Below are positions 53,316-64,000 of a stretch of 64,000 nucleotides of DNA, piece after piece. Below the pieces are notes generated by a model that worked only from the letters and a program-made list of their open reading frames with translations, ran no database searches and was not told the origin of the DNA. The position numbers and the translations under genes were made by a program. Source of the DNA: Chiloscyllium plagiosum (Eukaryota); assembly GCF_004010195.1 (NCBI RefSeq), contig NC_057718.1, positions 63,516,625 through 63,580,624 on the forward strand, in the 5' to 3' direction. How positions within the stretch are numbered: the first letter of the stretch is position 1; each line of letters opens with the position of its first letter.

Positions 53316-54039
53316 CTGTAATAAAGAACACAAATAAGATTTTTACACATGGTTCATCTGAATTAGGAGAACCTTCCTATCATCATCTTTAATTATTGTC
53401 CTCCTTCCTCTAAAAGTACTGACTTCTGTTTTGTATGTTTCAATTAGCACATGAATTTTTAATTTCCTCAACAAGTGGACAATTATGTGTTTTCCACATG
53501 TTGACCTTGACCATGAATGATGGCAGACTCTTTGACTGGAGTGAATATTACCAAGCCTGAGCTGGTTTTAATCAATGTCTACACTTACTGTTGATCAGAA
53601 GCAGAAATTCCATTTGAATTATTCCTGTTCTTGCCCACGGGCACACTGACCAATTATAATGTATTTGCAACCGCTTTTGCTTATATCAGATTAAACAGCA
53701 TTTGCTTGTTATTGTTCTGGTACATGTGACTCATTAATATACTCAATCAATAATTGGTGGAACTCCCACTCCATGTCATTTGAACTTTTATTTCACAACT
53801 CAGAGACATTGCAATAAGTTTTAAAACTATCAGGGTTTCACAAGCAGAGTAGTCAGTTGCTAATGTCTTTTTGAATCATGCTGATTTTCTGGATTTTTCT
53901 TTTCTCTTACCATACCGAATGGTGCAAGAGGGACACAAAACATATTTGTCTCCTTGGTTATTTTTCCCAAGAGCAGGTCTTTTATCTCGTTGGTTATTTT
54001 TCCCCAGAACCTATCAACAGAGGCTGTAGCTTGAGGGAC

Positions 54040-54250
54040 ATCACTTTGCATTAAACATAGCTCATCAGGAAGATTATGCTGCTCTTACAGCCTGCTATTG
54101 GCTTATTTGAAGGATTTGCAGTTTGCTAATCAACCTGTTTGGCCACATTACGAATTCACCTTCTGAGGCTATCAAATGCTGGAGTGGGAATTGAACCCAG
54201 AGACTCTAGCTCAGAGGATTGGATGCTACTCACTTCTACACAAGACCTCT
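54040..54250 (-). mobile_element. Old tRNA-derived SINE
   Basis: Minus strand GGTCTTGTG...CTCTGAGCTAGAGTCTCTGGGTTCAATTCCCACTCC (B-box); related heads at about 20510-20630 and 30610-30710. Confidence 0.5.
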
Positions 54251-54386
54251 CCATTTTCTGGGTTAGCCAAGCTAAAATACATTATGACTGCTGAATATCA
54301 TAGAGATATTAAATAAAAATTGCATTTTTGTTTAAAGTCTCCGGTGTTAATGAGACTTCTGCTTGACTGCAAGAGTAGAAACCCAC

Positions 54387-54542
54387 CTGCTGTTGGTCAC
54401 TGTCAAAAGGATTTCTGCCACGTTGTCGGTACAGTTCCAAAACACCTAACAAGTCATTGCTGGCCGTAACGATTGGTAAGCAAAGGACAGACTGAATCGG
54501 AGATTTTGAGTCCAATGATATCCCCCTAGGAAATCGACTATC
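54387..54542 (-). CDS. PDE10A: PDE10A-family coding exon (GAF-A), 156 bp
   Basis: ttttag|GAT...CAG|gtgggt. DSRFPRGISLDSKSPIQSVLCLPIVTASNDLLGVLELYRQRGRNPFDSDQQQ matches the PDE10A DERFPRG...IQSVLCLPIVTA segment. Confidence 0.96.
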
Positions 54543-55772
54543 CTAAAAGAAAAAGAGAACGTGGGTGTGCATCAGATATGACTAGATGTCATTGCATAAT
54601 TCCTTCCTGAGAATGTCACCACTGTTTGTTTGCTAATCTGTTAAACAAGTGGATTTGTCTTGCTTTAATCATATACAGAGCAGCATGTGGAGCATGCTGT
54701 GATTCATGAATTTTCCCTGTACATAACATTTTTAATAAAAGTTCAAGCTTCAAGTAGTTAACTCATCACTTAAGCTTTGAGTTTCAATTGGTAATAGCTA
54801 AAATATTACAGACATTTTGAAATTATTCTGGTACAATGGCATTTTCTTGACAATAGTTACAAACTCCTCCAATGTAATAAATATTGCATAGGAGTATTAC
54901 AAGATTAGAAGTATAAGAACGTTAATTCTCAATTTTTAAATATTTTTGCATACAAAACAACTTTTCTCTCATTGTGGAGTCCTATATTGTAAATTTGTTG
55001 TGCACTGTACAAGGAACATTGCTAACATCAAGACACAACATGTTACAGGTTGGCTTAAGAACACAAAACAGACGCGGTCAATGCTACTAATGGATGGATC
55101 TAGACAATTCTAATTCCTGGGCCAGGGTTGAACCTATTGTACTTCATAGTTAAGGGCTTAATATTATCATGTCAGATGACAAAATGAATCATGCGTGTTT
55201 AACTGCCAATGATCTTATATGGCCTCTGTTAAGTCATTAGATTAAACTTAATACAGAAATGAGAGGTGAAAAGTTCTGAGTGGAATAAGAGAATGCATAT
55301 ATTAATGCTAACATTTTAAAAGTTTGTAGTCTTTAAAGTGAGAGCAAGTAAATACAATTGTTTCAGGAAAAGAATATGAAATCCTAAGTTTAATTATTAG
55401 AAGAAAAAAACTTGCATTTAGATAATACCTATCACAGTCTAAAGATGCCTTAAAGTATTTTGAAGGCAGAATCCGATTGCAGCATCGCTTGTTATACTTG
55501 CCAGTTGGACAGCAGTGAGATAGTCGCATTGATTCTTCCAGAAATGAGGCAATGAACCATAAGCCAATCAAGTAGTGGCAAAGCTAGCGGCGAGTTCTCA
55601 CTGGAAATGGGATCCCGGGTTGGAGGTCCCACTTTCTGAGAATGGCCGGCTAATGAGAAATTATGGCTCAGCAGCATAATTAGGAATGCTGTGGCTTTTG
55701 TTGGAGTTACACATTCAAAGACTAGGCGAGGGGAGTATGTAGTGGGATCTGGGTGTCCTTGTACACCAGTCA

Positions 55773-56437
55773 CTGAAGGTAAGCATGCAGGTGCAGCAGG
55801 GAGTAAAGAAGGCAAATGGTATGTTGGCTCTCATTGTGAGAAGTTGAATACAGGTGTATTGTTGCAGCTTTACAGAGACCACACCTTGAATATCGTATGC
55901 AGTTTTGATCTCCTTTTCTGAGGAATGATGCTCTTGCTCTTGAGGGTGTGCAGCAAAGGTTGACCAGGCTGATTCTGGGATGGTGGGGCTGAGGTATGAG
56001 GAGAGATTGACTAGGTTAGGATTATTTTCACTGGAGTTAGATGGATGGGGGGAATCTCAGAAACGTATAAAATTCTAACAGGACTAGACAGGGCAGATGC
56101 AGGGAGGATGTTCCCAGTGGTGGGTGTGTCCAGAACCAGGGGTCACAGTCTGAGGATTCAGGGTGGACCATTTAGGATGGAAATGAAGAGGCATTTCTTC
56201 ACCCAAAGAGTGGTGAACCTGTGGAATTCATTACCGCAGGATTAAGTTGATGCCAAAACATTAAATGTATTCAAGAGGCGACTAGATATACCACTTGGGG
56301 CAAATGGGATCAAAGATTATGGGAAAAAGCAAAATTAGGCTATTGGGTTGGATGATCAGCCATGATTGGGATGAATGGTAGAGATGGCTCGAAAGGCCAA
56401 AAGGCCTCCTTCTGCTCCGATCTTCTATGTTTCTATG
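55773..56437 (+). mobile_element. CR1 LINE 3' end
   Basis: ETYKILTGLDRADAGRMFPVVGVSRTRGHSLRI...FFTQRVVNLWNSLP; tail TTCTATGTTTCTATG. Confidence 0.88.
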
Positions 56438-59400
56438 ACAGATAACTATTATATCAAGGAGAGGTTTTGTGGGCCAAGGGGAAAGAGGTATAGGAAGGTG
56501 GGCAGCAAGGGCTCTCAGCTTTTGCCCCTCACCCCTTTCTGATTATCAAGTCCCTCAAATTGGGCACTGACTGTCTTAGATTGAGCCACTATCACTCCTT
56601 CCCAGGTGGTGAGCTGGCCATACAGTTTTATTTATTGCACACATTTTGCATTCCAACAGTCATGCCTGCAACTAGATTAATATAAGTGGCAGTGGGATAA
56701 GGCCTCTACGTAGTCATTAATTGGCAACTTAAAGCCCACAGTTGTAGAAAGGTAGAAAATCTGATCCTGGTTCTTAATTCTGGTGCAAGCAGAAAAGTGA
56801 CAGGATTGAGATCCTCCCTAATTTTACCTTTCCCACCTCCAAGCACACTATGAAAGAGGAAATAAGATTTCACCCACAGTTGCTGAAATATTTTCAAGTA
56901 CAATTACTATGAGAAAAAAAAGGAACTGATTACAAAAGTAAAGGTGCAATGCAAAATCTATTTGGATCTTATGAGGTGCCAGGCCTAAGATCCAATTGAC
57001 CAATTAAATAGCTGGAACTCTGCAGTTCCATAAGCACAAGGTGGAAGTAGTGACTATTTCTGGAACCACAGTAGATCTCTCATAGAGATTATTATTGGAG
57101 CTGGATAGCAAAGTAAATTTGGGGTGATTTTACCAGGGTCAGGTTGGCAGGTCCTGAGGAAGAGTGTTGGGGCATCAGAGGTCAAGAGGGTAGGGTAAAG
57201 AAGCAAGTGTGATTTTTATGGAGTGAGTACCTTCCATGGGCCTAGGGGATTTGCAAAGGTGGACCACCACTTTGCCAAACATCAGTTCATGCAGCTAAAA
57301 CTGCTGGACAACTTGCTTGATATTGGCCTCATCTTGTCACGGTTAAAATAGTGATGGAGCAGGATGATGCTCTCAAACGACCATTAATTACACACTTAAT
57401 GGCCTCAATAAGCCCAAAGTGGTTAGATGCATCAACACTTACACTGCTAAATTTGATATTAATTGACAGTGGACAGGTAAGTAAAGGGAAGGCCACACTC
57501 TACATTTTATGAGATCACCCTGATAATTCACCTTCAAGCCCCCAGTAGCGAGCACAAAATCCAACCTAATATAAATCATTGGTTAAAATCAACAAAAATA
57601 AAGGAGAGCAAAGCTCATGTAGAGGTGCAGAAGCAACTGCCAAGGATGATACTAATGTTAAAACATGTTGTCTGTGAGAAGAACTTGAGAAAGTGAGGCA
57701 CTTTTAGTCAGAACAGGGAAAATAAAGAAATCTGATACAGGCACCCAAAACTGAGAAGACATTATTTAAGACCATAACTAAACGAATACAGGGAGAGAGT
57801 GGAATATCGTTTTCATAACAGCTGGAAAAGACACTAAATTCCTGATTGAGTACAGTTGAGTTCATACTTTTTAATAAATGACAGGGCGCAAGAAACCTTT
57901 AGAAATAGGTTCTGGAGGGCAAGGAAATGGGGTTTGTCAGACTTTGACAGTCTACCATAGAACCTGATAATGTGTGAAAAGGGTCCTTTCTGAATTATAA
58001 AATTCAGTGCAGGGATATACATGCTTCAATGTTCTTTTGGCTTCTCATTATATCTGATGCTACAGAAATACCAAAATTGGTTCAATTGTGATCAGAATAG
58101 AAACACATAATCGACTTAATTGTAATGAATGAGGATGAAATGTTATGTATGTATAAAAAAACTAAGGACAGAATTTTTTGGTTGGTAAACTTTCCCAATC
58201 TATTACCCGATGAATTGACAAGAGAGTCCACAACCTTTCCAATCAGTGTTCCTGCAGCAACTTGAAAGAATTAAATGGCTGGAAACAGGACTTTTGTGAA
58301 ATTGAGGGCAGATATTTCACCTCAGAGGCATCAGTTTGTACTCCTGGATGCACCAAGACTGATACTACAACTAGTAACTAAACTCTAAATCCTCGGGTTC
58401 AGAGCCAGGTAAGTATGGTGGGCTCATAAGGAGAGGGGAGTGGTGATGAAACCAGAGGGACCTGGATAAGTTGACCAGCTTTTAAAGGAGAACTTATGGA
58501 GGCAAAGGTACTTGTGCTGTCAGGCCCTGAAAGGGTTCATCCCACGTGCAAAGGGGAACCATTGAAGGAAGCTATCCCCCACCCCCTACCTTTAGAACCG
58601 ACACAAAAATAGTCTGAGCTCTAAAGCTTCCTCATTACCTTGATCATATAAGGGCCTCACAATTGGGCTGAGGGTAGGTAGATTGCCCAAGACTTCATCT
58701 GTCCTATGATTATGATAGGGGTCAGCACAAGCCAGCCCACCAGTGGTGGGGTGGGTGGGTAATCATAAGATTGTTAATCAAATTTGCATTGATTGAAACA
58801 GTAGTTGCAATTTATTTCTCATTTTAATAGTAATATGCTCATTTGCAACTATGGTAAGTTTCATTGTATTTTATTTTTATTTCGGAATGTATATTTTTAA
58901 ACTTTAATGGCCACTCTATTCACCCCAATCTCAGGCAAATCACAGATGGACAACACCAAGTTTATCCTAAAAAAAAACGAATACATTGTCATTTTAGACT
59001 TCATTTTTGCACCTAACAATATCTGGTTTAATAAGGCACTGTTGGTAAACTGGGAACTTCCTTTACTTGGATTTTATGGAGAAATAATGAATGAGAAGAA
59101 AAAAAAACAATTTAATCCTAAATTTCAACATCCTTTCCACTTCCAATCTATGAATAGTGATCCTTTCTAGTTAACAGCTTCTTGAATAGGATCTTTTCAA
59201 ACAAGTAATATCAATTTCCAAGTTCAAGTCCCAGGTAAGGAAGTCCTGTCACTTTTTCAACAAATCCAATGCTGGCACAGATAACAATGGCAGCATAAAT
59301 TACAGAAGAGTGACATGTATACTCAGTAGGGCCATTTGAACATATAATGGAGATCAAACGTATCCCATTTTGCTGTTTGAAAGACTTTAACATTAAAAAA

Positions 59401-59489
59401 AAAGTCCTGTGCAAACCCATGTTGGAATGCCTTGATTGATGGGCCATCCGTATAGTTGAAAAGAATAACATCTAGATGTAGAGTTCTTT

Positions 59490-59835
59490 TATGATTCATT
59501 CTTTGGATATGGGCATTGCTGGCTAGGCTGCCATTTATTGCTGATTTGTAATTGTCCGGACCGCAGTTAAGAGTCAGAGCCAACCAATTGCTTTGTATCT
59601 GGAATCAGATATATGCTAGACCAGGTAAGAATGGTAGATTGTCCTACCTAAAAGACATTATATCAGATTGGTTTTACCGACAATCAACAATGTTCATCGT
59701 TAGCTAGTATTTCTGGTTAAATTTTTAACGGATTCAAATTTTATCACCTCCATGGTGAGATCCAAAACCAAGCCTCCAGAATGTTGACCTGGATTACTAG
59801 TAAAGTGACTTTTCCATTATGCCACCTTCTCTCCA
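59490..59835 (-). mobile_element. tRNA-headed short element
   Basis: Colinear with 16645-16962 over its full length. Confidence 0.72.
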
Positions 59836-60833
59836 AATAGTTTCAATTGAGTTGTTTCGCTGACATTTTCCTAAAAGTTCTTATTGTGACATTATGAAAA
59901 CTCAACTGAATTTTCAAAAACAATTAATATCTCAGCAGGGAGTTCCCACTTTGGTTGACAGCTTAATGTGTTATTAAAGGATTAGTTGTCTTTCTGGGGA
60001 CTGAACAGAAATTGATTTGTTTTTATGGGCAATGGTGTGACCGGGTTTCTTGAATGGGAGATTTCCCACTGTCAGGTGTGTAGAAGCAGGAGCTACATCA
60101 TATTGTCAGAAATGTGTTTCTTCTCCTTACATTGCTCCTAAGGTCTGAGTGAATGACTATGGAGGTTGTATGGCGGGTAACAGAATGGATGACGGGGTAG
60201 GAGGGGTGGGTGCTAGAAGGACTGATAGCATGTAAAATAATTGGTGCAAAGTCAAACTCCTGGAAACACCAGTGAACTTTTTAATTAGATTGCCTCAGCA
60301 TTCACCCAGCACGTGGCCACCTAAGATCTGCTTACAGGGTTGGTGGACATGACTTGATCATGTCCTTACTTACCATGGATTAGAAATTGGATCTAACAGG
60401 TTTGCTTTAAGTGGAGTTAGATCTTTCAAGTCAAACTTTCCCAACTTCAGTCACTCCCTCTACAGCAACCTCTTGTGCTCGAGAGACAGGCAGATTTTTG
60501 CCAGCAAAGGACACTAGAAAATGGTTATTTATAGATTATTTGTTGAATACTACCATGGGAAAAGTGAAGAAAAATACAAAACAACCATCATTGCATCATC
60601 TGTGATGAACTGATTCAACAGACTTGGGATCAAATTGGGACTTATGTGGTCAGAATGGACCAGTTCTTTGTATCACTACATTTACCAGTGTACATTGGGA
60701 AGCCTACAGAAACAGTAAGTGTAACAAACCTTGTTCACTTGAGATTAATGAACATATTGACACATTTAAAAAGAGAATAATAGGATGAGCCAATGTCTTA
60801 CACGAGAAATACATAGAAAATTTACATGGCAAC

Positions 60834-61058
60834 TGAAATAACTCCAGAGAGGCTAGTATCCTGTCAACATGTCATCCTTTATTTACACATGGAGAGTCCA
60901 CACTTATCCAGCTCTCTCAGAGCCAGCTGTCAGAGCTAACAGAACCTCTGACATTCCTGTTTATATCAGTCAGCCAGGGCTTCCTGACTACATCAGATTA
61001 ACAGCCCCAATCAGCGAACTCCTATTTTAGGCCCATTTAGGCTCATTATAACACTACA
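60834..61058 (-). mobile_element. Short solo LTR-like element
   Basis: TG...CA termini (TGAAATAAC...ACTACA), CCAAT, TATAAA and AATAAA in LTR order on the minus strand; possible degenerate 5-bp TSD GCAAC/GTAAT. Confidence 0.5.
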
Positions 61059-61539
61059 GTAATCATTATCTTCAACTCTGAAACAAGTAAACCTAAGAGT
61101 TTGTTGAAAATGGCTCTCATAATGTGTAAGAAAGCACAATTTTCATTTTTTTGGACTATAATCTGAAATGGAAGTTGGACTGTTACATTTATAAAAATGC
61201 AGAGAGTTTTACAAATTGAAAATTAAGTGCTACATTTAGCTGTCTGAGCATGACAAGGTTGACTTTTGAAGCAGTGAGGGAAAGAATTTGATTCTGAGGG
61301 CACATATTTTCTGAGTTAAGGAAATTTGCCCTGATAATAGCCCCTCTCCCTGGTGAGTTGGAGTGTCTGAAAAAGCTGCAAGTGCCAGAGTAGCAGAGAT
61401 AAAAACAAACTGCCAGAGGCTGCAAACTGAAAGCATCCACTCCTCCCTTCTCTCTCAATATGGAGAATAAGACAGAAAAACCAAGAAAGCTTAAAGGAAT
61501 TTCACAAGACCTAGATCCTTGTCTTATTTTACTTCTTAC

Positions 61540-61683
61540 CTCAGCAAGGTCTTGTACTAACAGTGTTTTCCTGAACTTAGCTACATATGATGCCACTGTA
61601 ATGCCAAATCCAGCAGGTTCAACAGCAATAGGCTTCTGTTGTTGTTGGTCTTTCATTCCAGCTGATGTAAACAGGCACAATGA
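61540..61683 (-). CDS. PDE10A: PDE10A-family phosphodiesterase coding exon (GAF-A, first exon in window), 144 bp
   Basis: tctacag|TCA...GAG|gtaag. Translates SLCLFTSAGMKDQQQQKPIAVEPAGFGITVASYVAKFRKTLLVQDLAE, homologous to human PDE10A SLCIFTPPG...AYVAKSRKTLLVEDILG as recalled; phase 0/0. Confidence 0.93.
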
Positions 61684-61750
61684 CTGTAGAAAAAAAATCA
61701 GGCCAAGTCAATTATAAATGTTAATCAATGTTAAGCATGTTTAGTAATTG

Positions 61751-62067
61751 TGGGCAGCACGGTAGCACAGTGGTTAGCACTGCTGCCTCACAGCGCCAGA
61801 GACCAGGTTCAATTCCCGCCTCGGGCAACTGTCTGTGTGAACTTTGCACGTTCTCCCCGTGTCTGCGTGGGTTTCCTCCGGGTGCTCCGGTTTCCTCCAA
61901 CAGTCACAAAGATGTGCAGGTTAGGTGAATCGGCCATGCTAAATTGCCCGTAGTGTTAGGTGAAGGGGTAAGTGTAGGGGAATAGATCTGGGTGGGTTGC
62001 TCCTTGGAAGGTCAGTGTGGACTTGTTGGGCTGAAGGGCCTGTTTCCACACTGTAAGTAATCTAATC
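61751..62067 (+). mobile_element. HE1-type V-SINE, full length
   Basis: Head, V domain and TAATC tail as in other copies; lies about 70 nt upstream of the exon acceptor at 61683. Confidence 0.9.
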
Positions 62068-62529
62068 AAACAACAATGCACTAATAGTGTGCTGAAATCA
62101 GCAAATTTATTTTTCTCTTCTCAGAGCTGGCATTCCATTGAGGAATGTGGGCTTAGTTTCTACCAAAAAGGTGAAAGGAATATGTCACGGCAATTCTGGA
62201 TGTCAAGACTTTGTAAAATAATTTTACATTCTACGATGGTATAATGATTCAATATCACTATGAATTAAGTCACAATAAAAAGCAGTGATTTTACTGCTCA
62301 CTAAATGGAGCTGCACCACAAGACCCTAAAGATTATGTTTTACACTATCTGTAAAAACATTATAGATGTTTTTCATGTATGATCATGCTAAAACTGTCAT
62401 CTTTTAAATAAAACATCAAACTAAAGCGCGATCTGCCTGCTTGGGGTGTATATGAATGTCTCTCTGATACTATTTCAAAGAAAGCAGGATAGTGTTACGA
62501 CACGGGGTAAACCCTTTGAAAAAAGATCT

Positions 62530-62752
62530 TGGAAATGACTGTCAGACTACTCAGGTCTCCTGGCATCATGGTAGCTCACAAACCCACCAACACACTAAAA
62601 CAGCAGCTAATGAATTTGAAAGACCCTCCACAGACAATAACCGAAACTAATGTCATTTACAAGATGCCTCGCAAGATCTGTAACAAACACTACATTGGAC
62701 AAACAGGTAGAAAACTAGCCACCAGGATACATGAACGTCAAGTAGCCACAAG
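62530..62752 (+). mobile_element. Penelope GIY-YIG fragment
   Basis: NVIYKMPRKICNKHYIGQTGRKLATRIHE. Confidence 0.85.
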
Positions 62753-63311
62753 TAGCCGAAGGGCCTGTTTCCACACTGTAAGTAATCTAATCTAATCTAA
62801 TCTAATTTACAATTCCTTTCTCTTAAACCCAATTAAGATTTACAAAAAAAGTCAACTTTAAAAACCAGTAAGCTATCGAATCCTCTCTTTGTATCTTTCT
62901 CTGCAGATTTTCCTGTCATCTTTTCGATGCTCTGCTGTGCAAAGTCTTCTAGCCAGGTACCTTCCAGAGAGTTGTTCTGCTGGCAGTCTGTACTTGTTGG
63001 TGGCTTGGCAGCTCTCCCCCTAACTGTTCAAAATGTCCAGTTTTATATCCCAAAACATCAGATCATTTCGTTGGTTTTATTATCAAAATACTAAATTCAA
63101 TTGGATTCTGGTATCTTGGGGCATAATTTAAATTGACTGGCCAAATTTGAATTTGTTTGTCTGTTCCATAGCAACACAGCTGTAGTACTGGTTTCAACCA
63201 AGTGTCAACCAAGGCAGTCCTTGTTAGCTTTTCAACTCTCAAAAGGTACAATACCTCAATACCTTCATAACAATAGTTATTGTGGTCAATATATATGTAT
63301 CTATAATCAGT

Positions 63312-63811
63312 NNNNNNNNNNNNNNNNNNNNNNNNNNNNNNNNNNNNNNNNNNNNNNNNNNNNNNNNNNNNNNNNNNNNNNNNNNNNNNNNNNNNNNNNN
63401 NNNNNNNNNNNNNNNNNNNNNNNNNNNNNNNNNNNNNNNNNNNNNNNNNNNNNNNNNNNNNNNNNNNNNNNNNNNNNNNNNNNNNNNNNNNNNNNNNNNN
63501 NNNNNNNNNNNNNNNNNNNNNNNNNNNNNNNNNNNNNNNNNNNNNNNNNNNNNNNNNNNNNNNNNNNNNNNNNNNNNNNNNNNNNNNNNNNNNNNNNNNN
63601 NNNNNNNNNNNNNNNNNNNNNNNNNNNNNNNNNNNNNNNNNNNNNNNNNNNNNNNNNNNNNNNNNNNNNNNNNNNNNNNNNNNNNNNNNNNNNNNNNNNN
63701 NNNNNNNNNNNNNNNNNNNNNNNNNNNNNNNNNNNNNNNNNNNNNNNNNNNNNNNNNNNNNNNNNNNNNNNNNNNNNNNNNNNNNNNNNNNNNNNNNNNN
63801 NNNNNNNNNNN
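63312..63811. other. Assembly gap of 500 N
   Basis: Run of exactly 500 N, a fixed placeholder size. Confidence 0.99.
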
Positions 63812-64000
63812 TTTTAAAAGGACACCAGCTCAAAAAAAAATGTAATGTTCAAAGGACATATATTTTGACAGAGATGCCCGGCAAATGGGGTGTCCATAAA
63901 ACAAACTGTGGGTGAATTAAACTAGGTTTATTTCACATATAAATATAGCACGCTAACCAATGAAATTATTGTGTGATTAATTTGTTGAAGAAACTTTAAT

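Noticed and set aside
61189..61539. ORF continuing past the GAF-A exon as a possible extended exon
   Set aside because: A strong GAG|GTAAG donor at 61540/61539 restores homology with the next exon, and the extension has no PDE similarity.
63063..63845. Long ORFs of 187-256 aa in the track
   Set aside because: Artefacts of translating through the 500-N gap.

Overview
Vertebrate genomic DNA, almost certainly from a cartilaginous fish (inferred from HE1-type V-SINEs and abundant CR1 and Penelope repeats). The window lies entirely inside one large minus-strand gene, a PDE10A-family cyclic-nucleotide phosphodiesterase. Eleven consecutive coding exons (61683 down to 5635) splice in frame with GT-AG boundaries and cover GAF-A, GAF-B and the start of the catalytic domain; both ends of the gene lie outside the window. 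The introns are dense with retroelements. The most notable observations are: (1) a decayed, 5'-truncated R2 retrotransposon still joined to about 190 nt of its 28S rRNA target at the canonical R2 site, sitting outside rDNA inside a CR1 remnant; (2) several Penelope-derived minimal hammerhead ribozymes, some in long palindromes, with the intact copies on the pre-mRNA sense strand; (3) an apparently single-ORF LINE family with a tRNA-like Pol III head and short head+tail derivatives; (4) an unusually diverged GAF-A, hinting at a PDE10 paralog. Exon coordinates were read base by base; repeat boundaries are approximate. A 500-N gap occupies 63312-63811.
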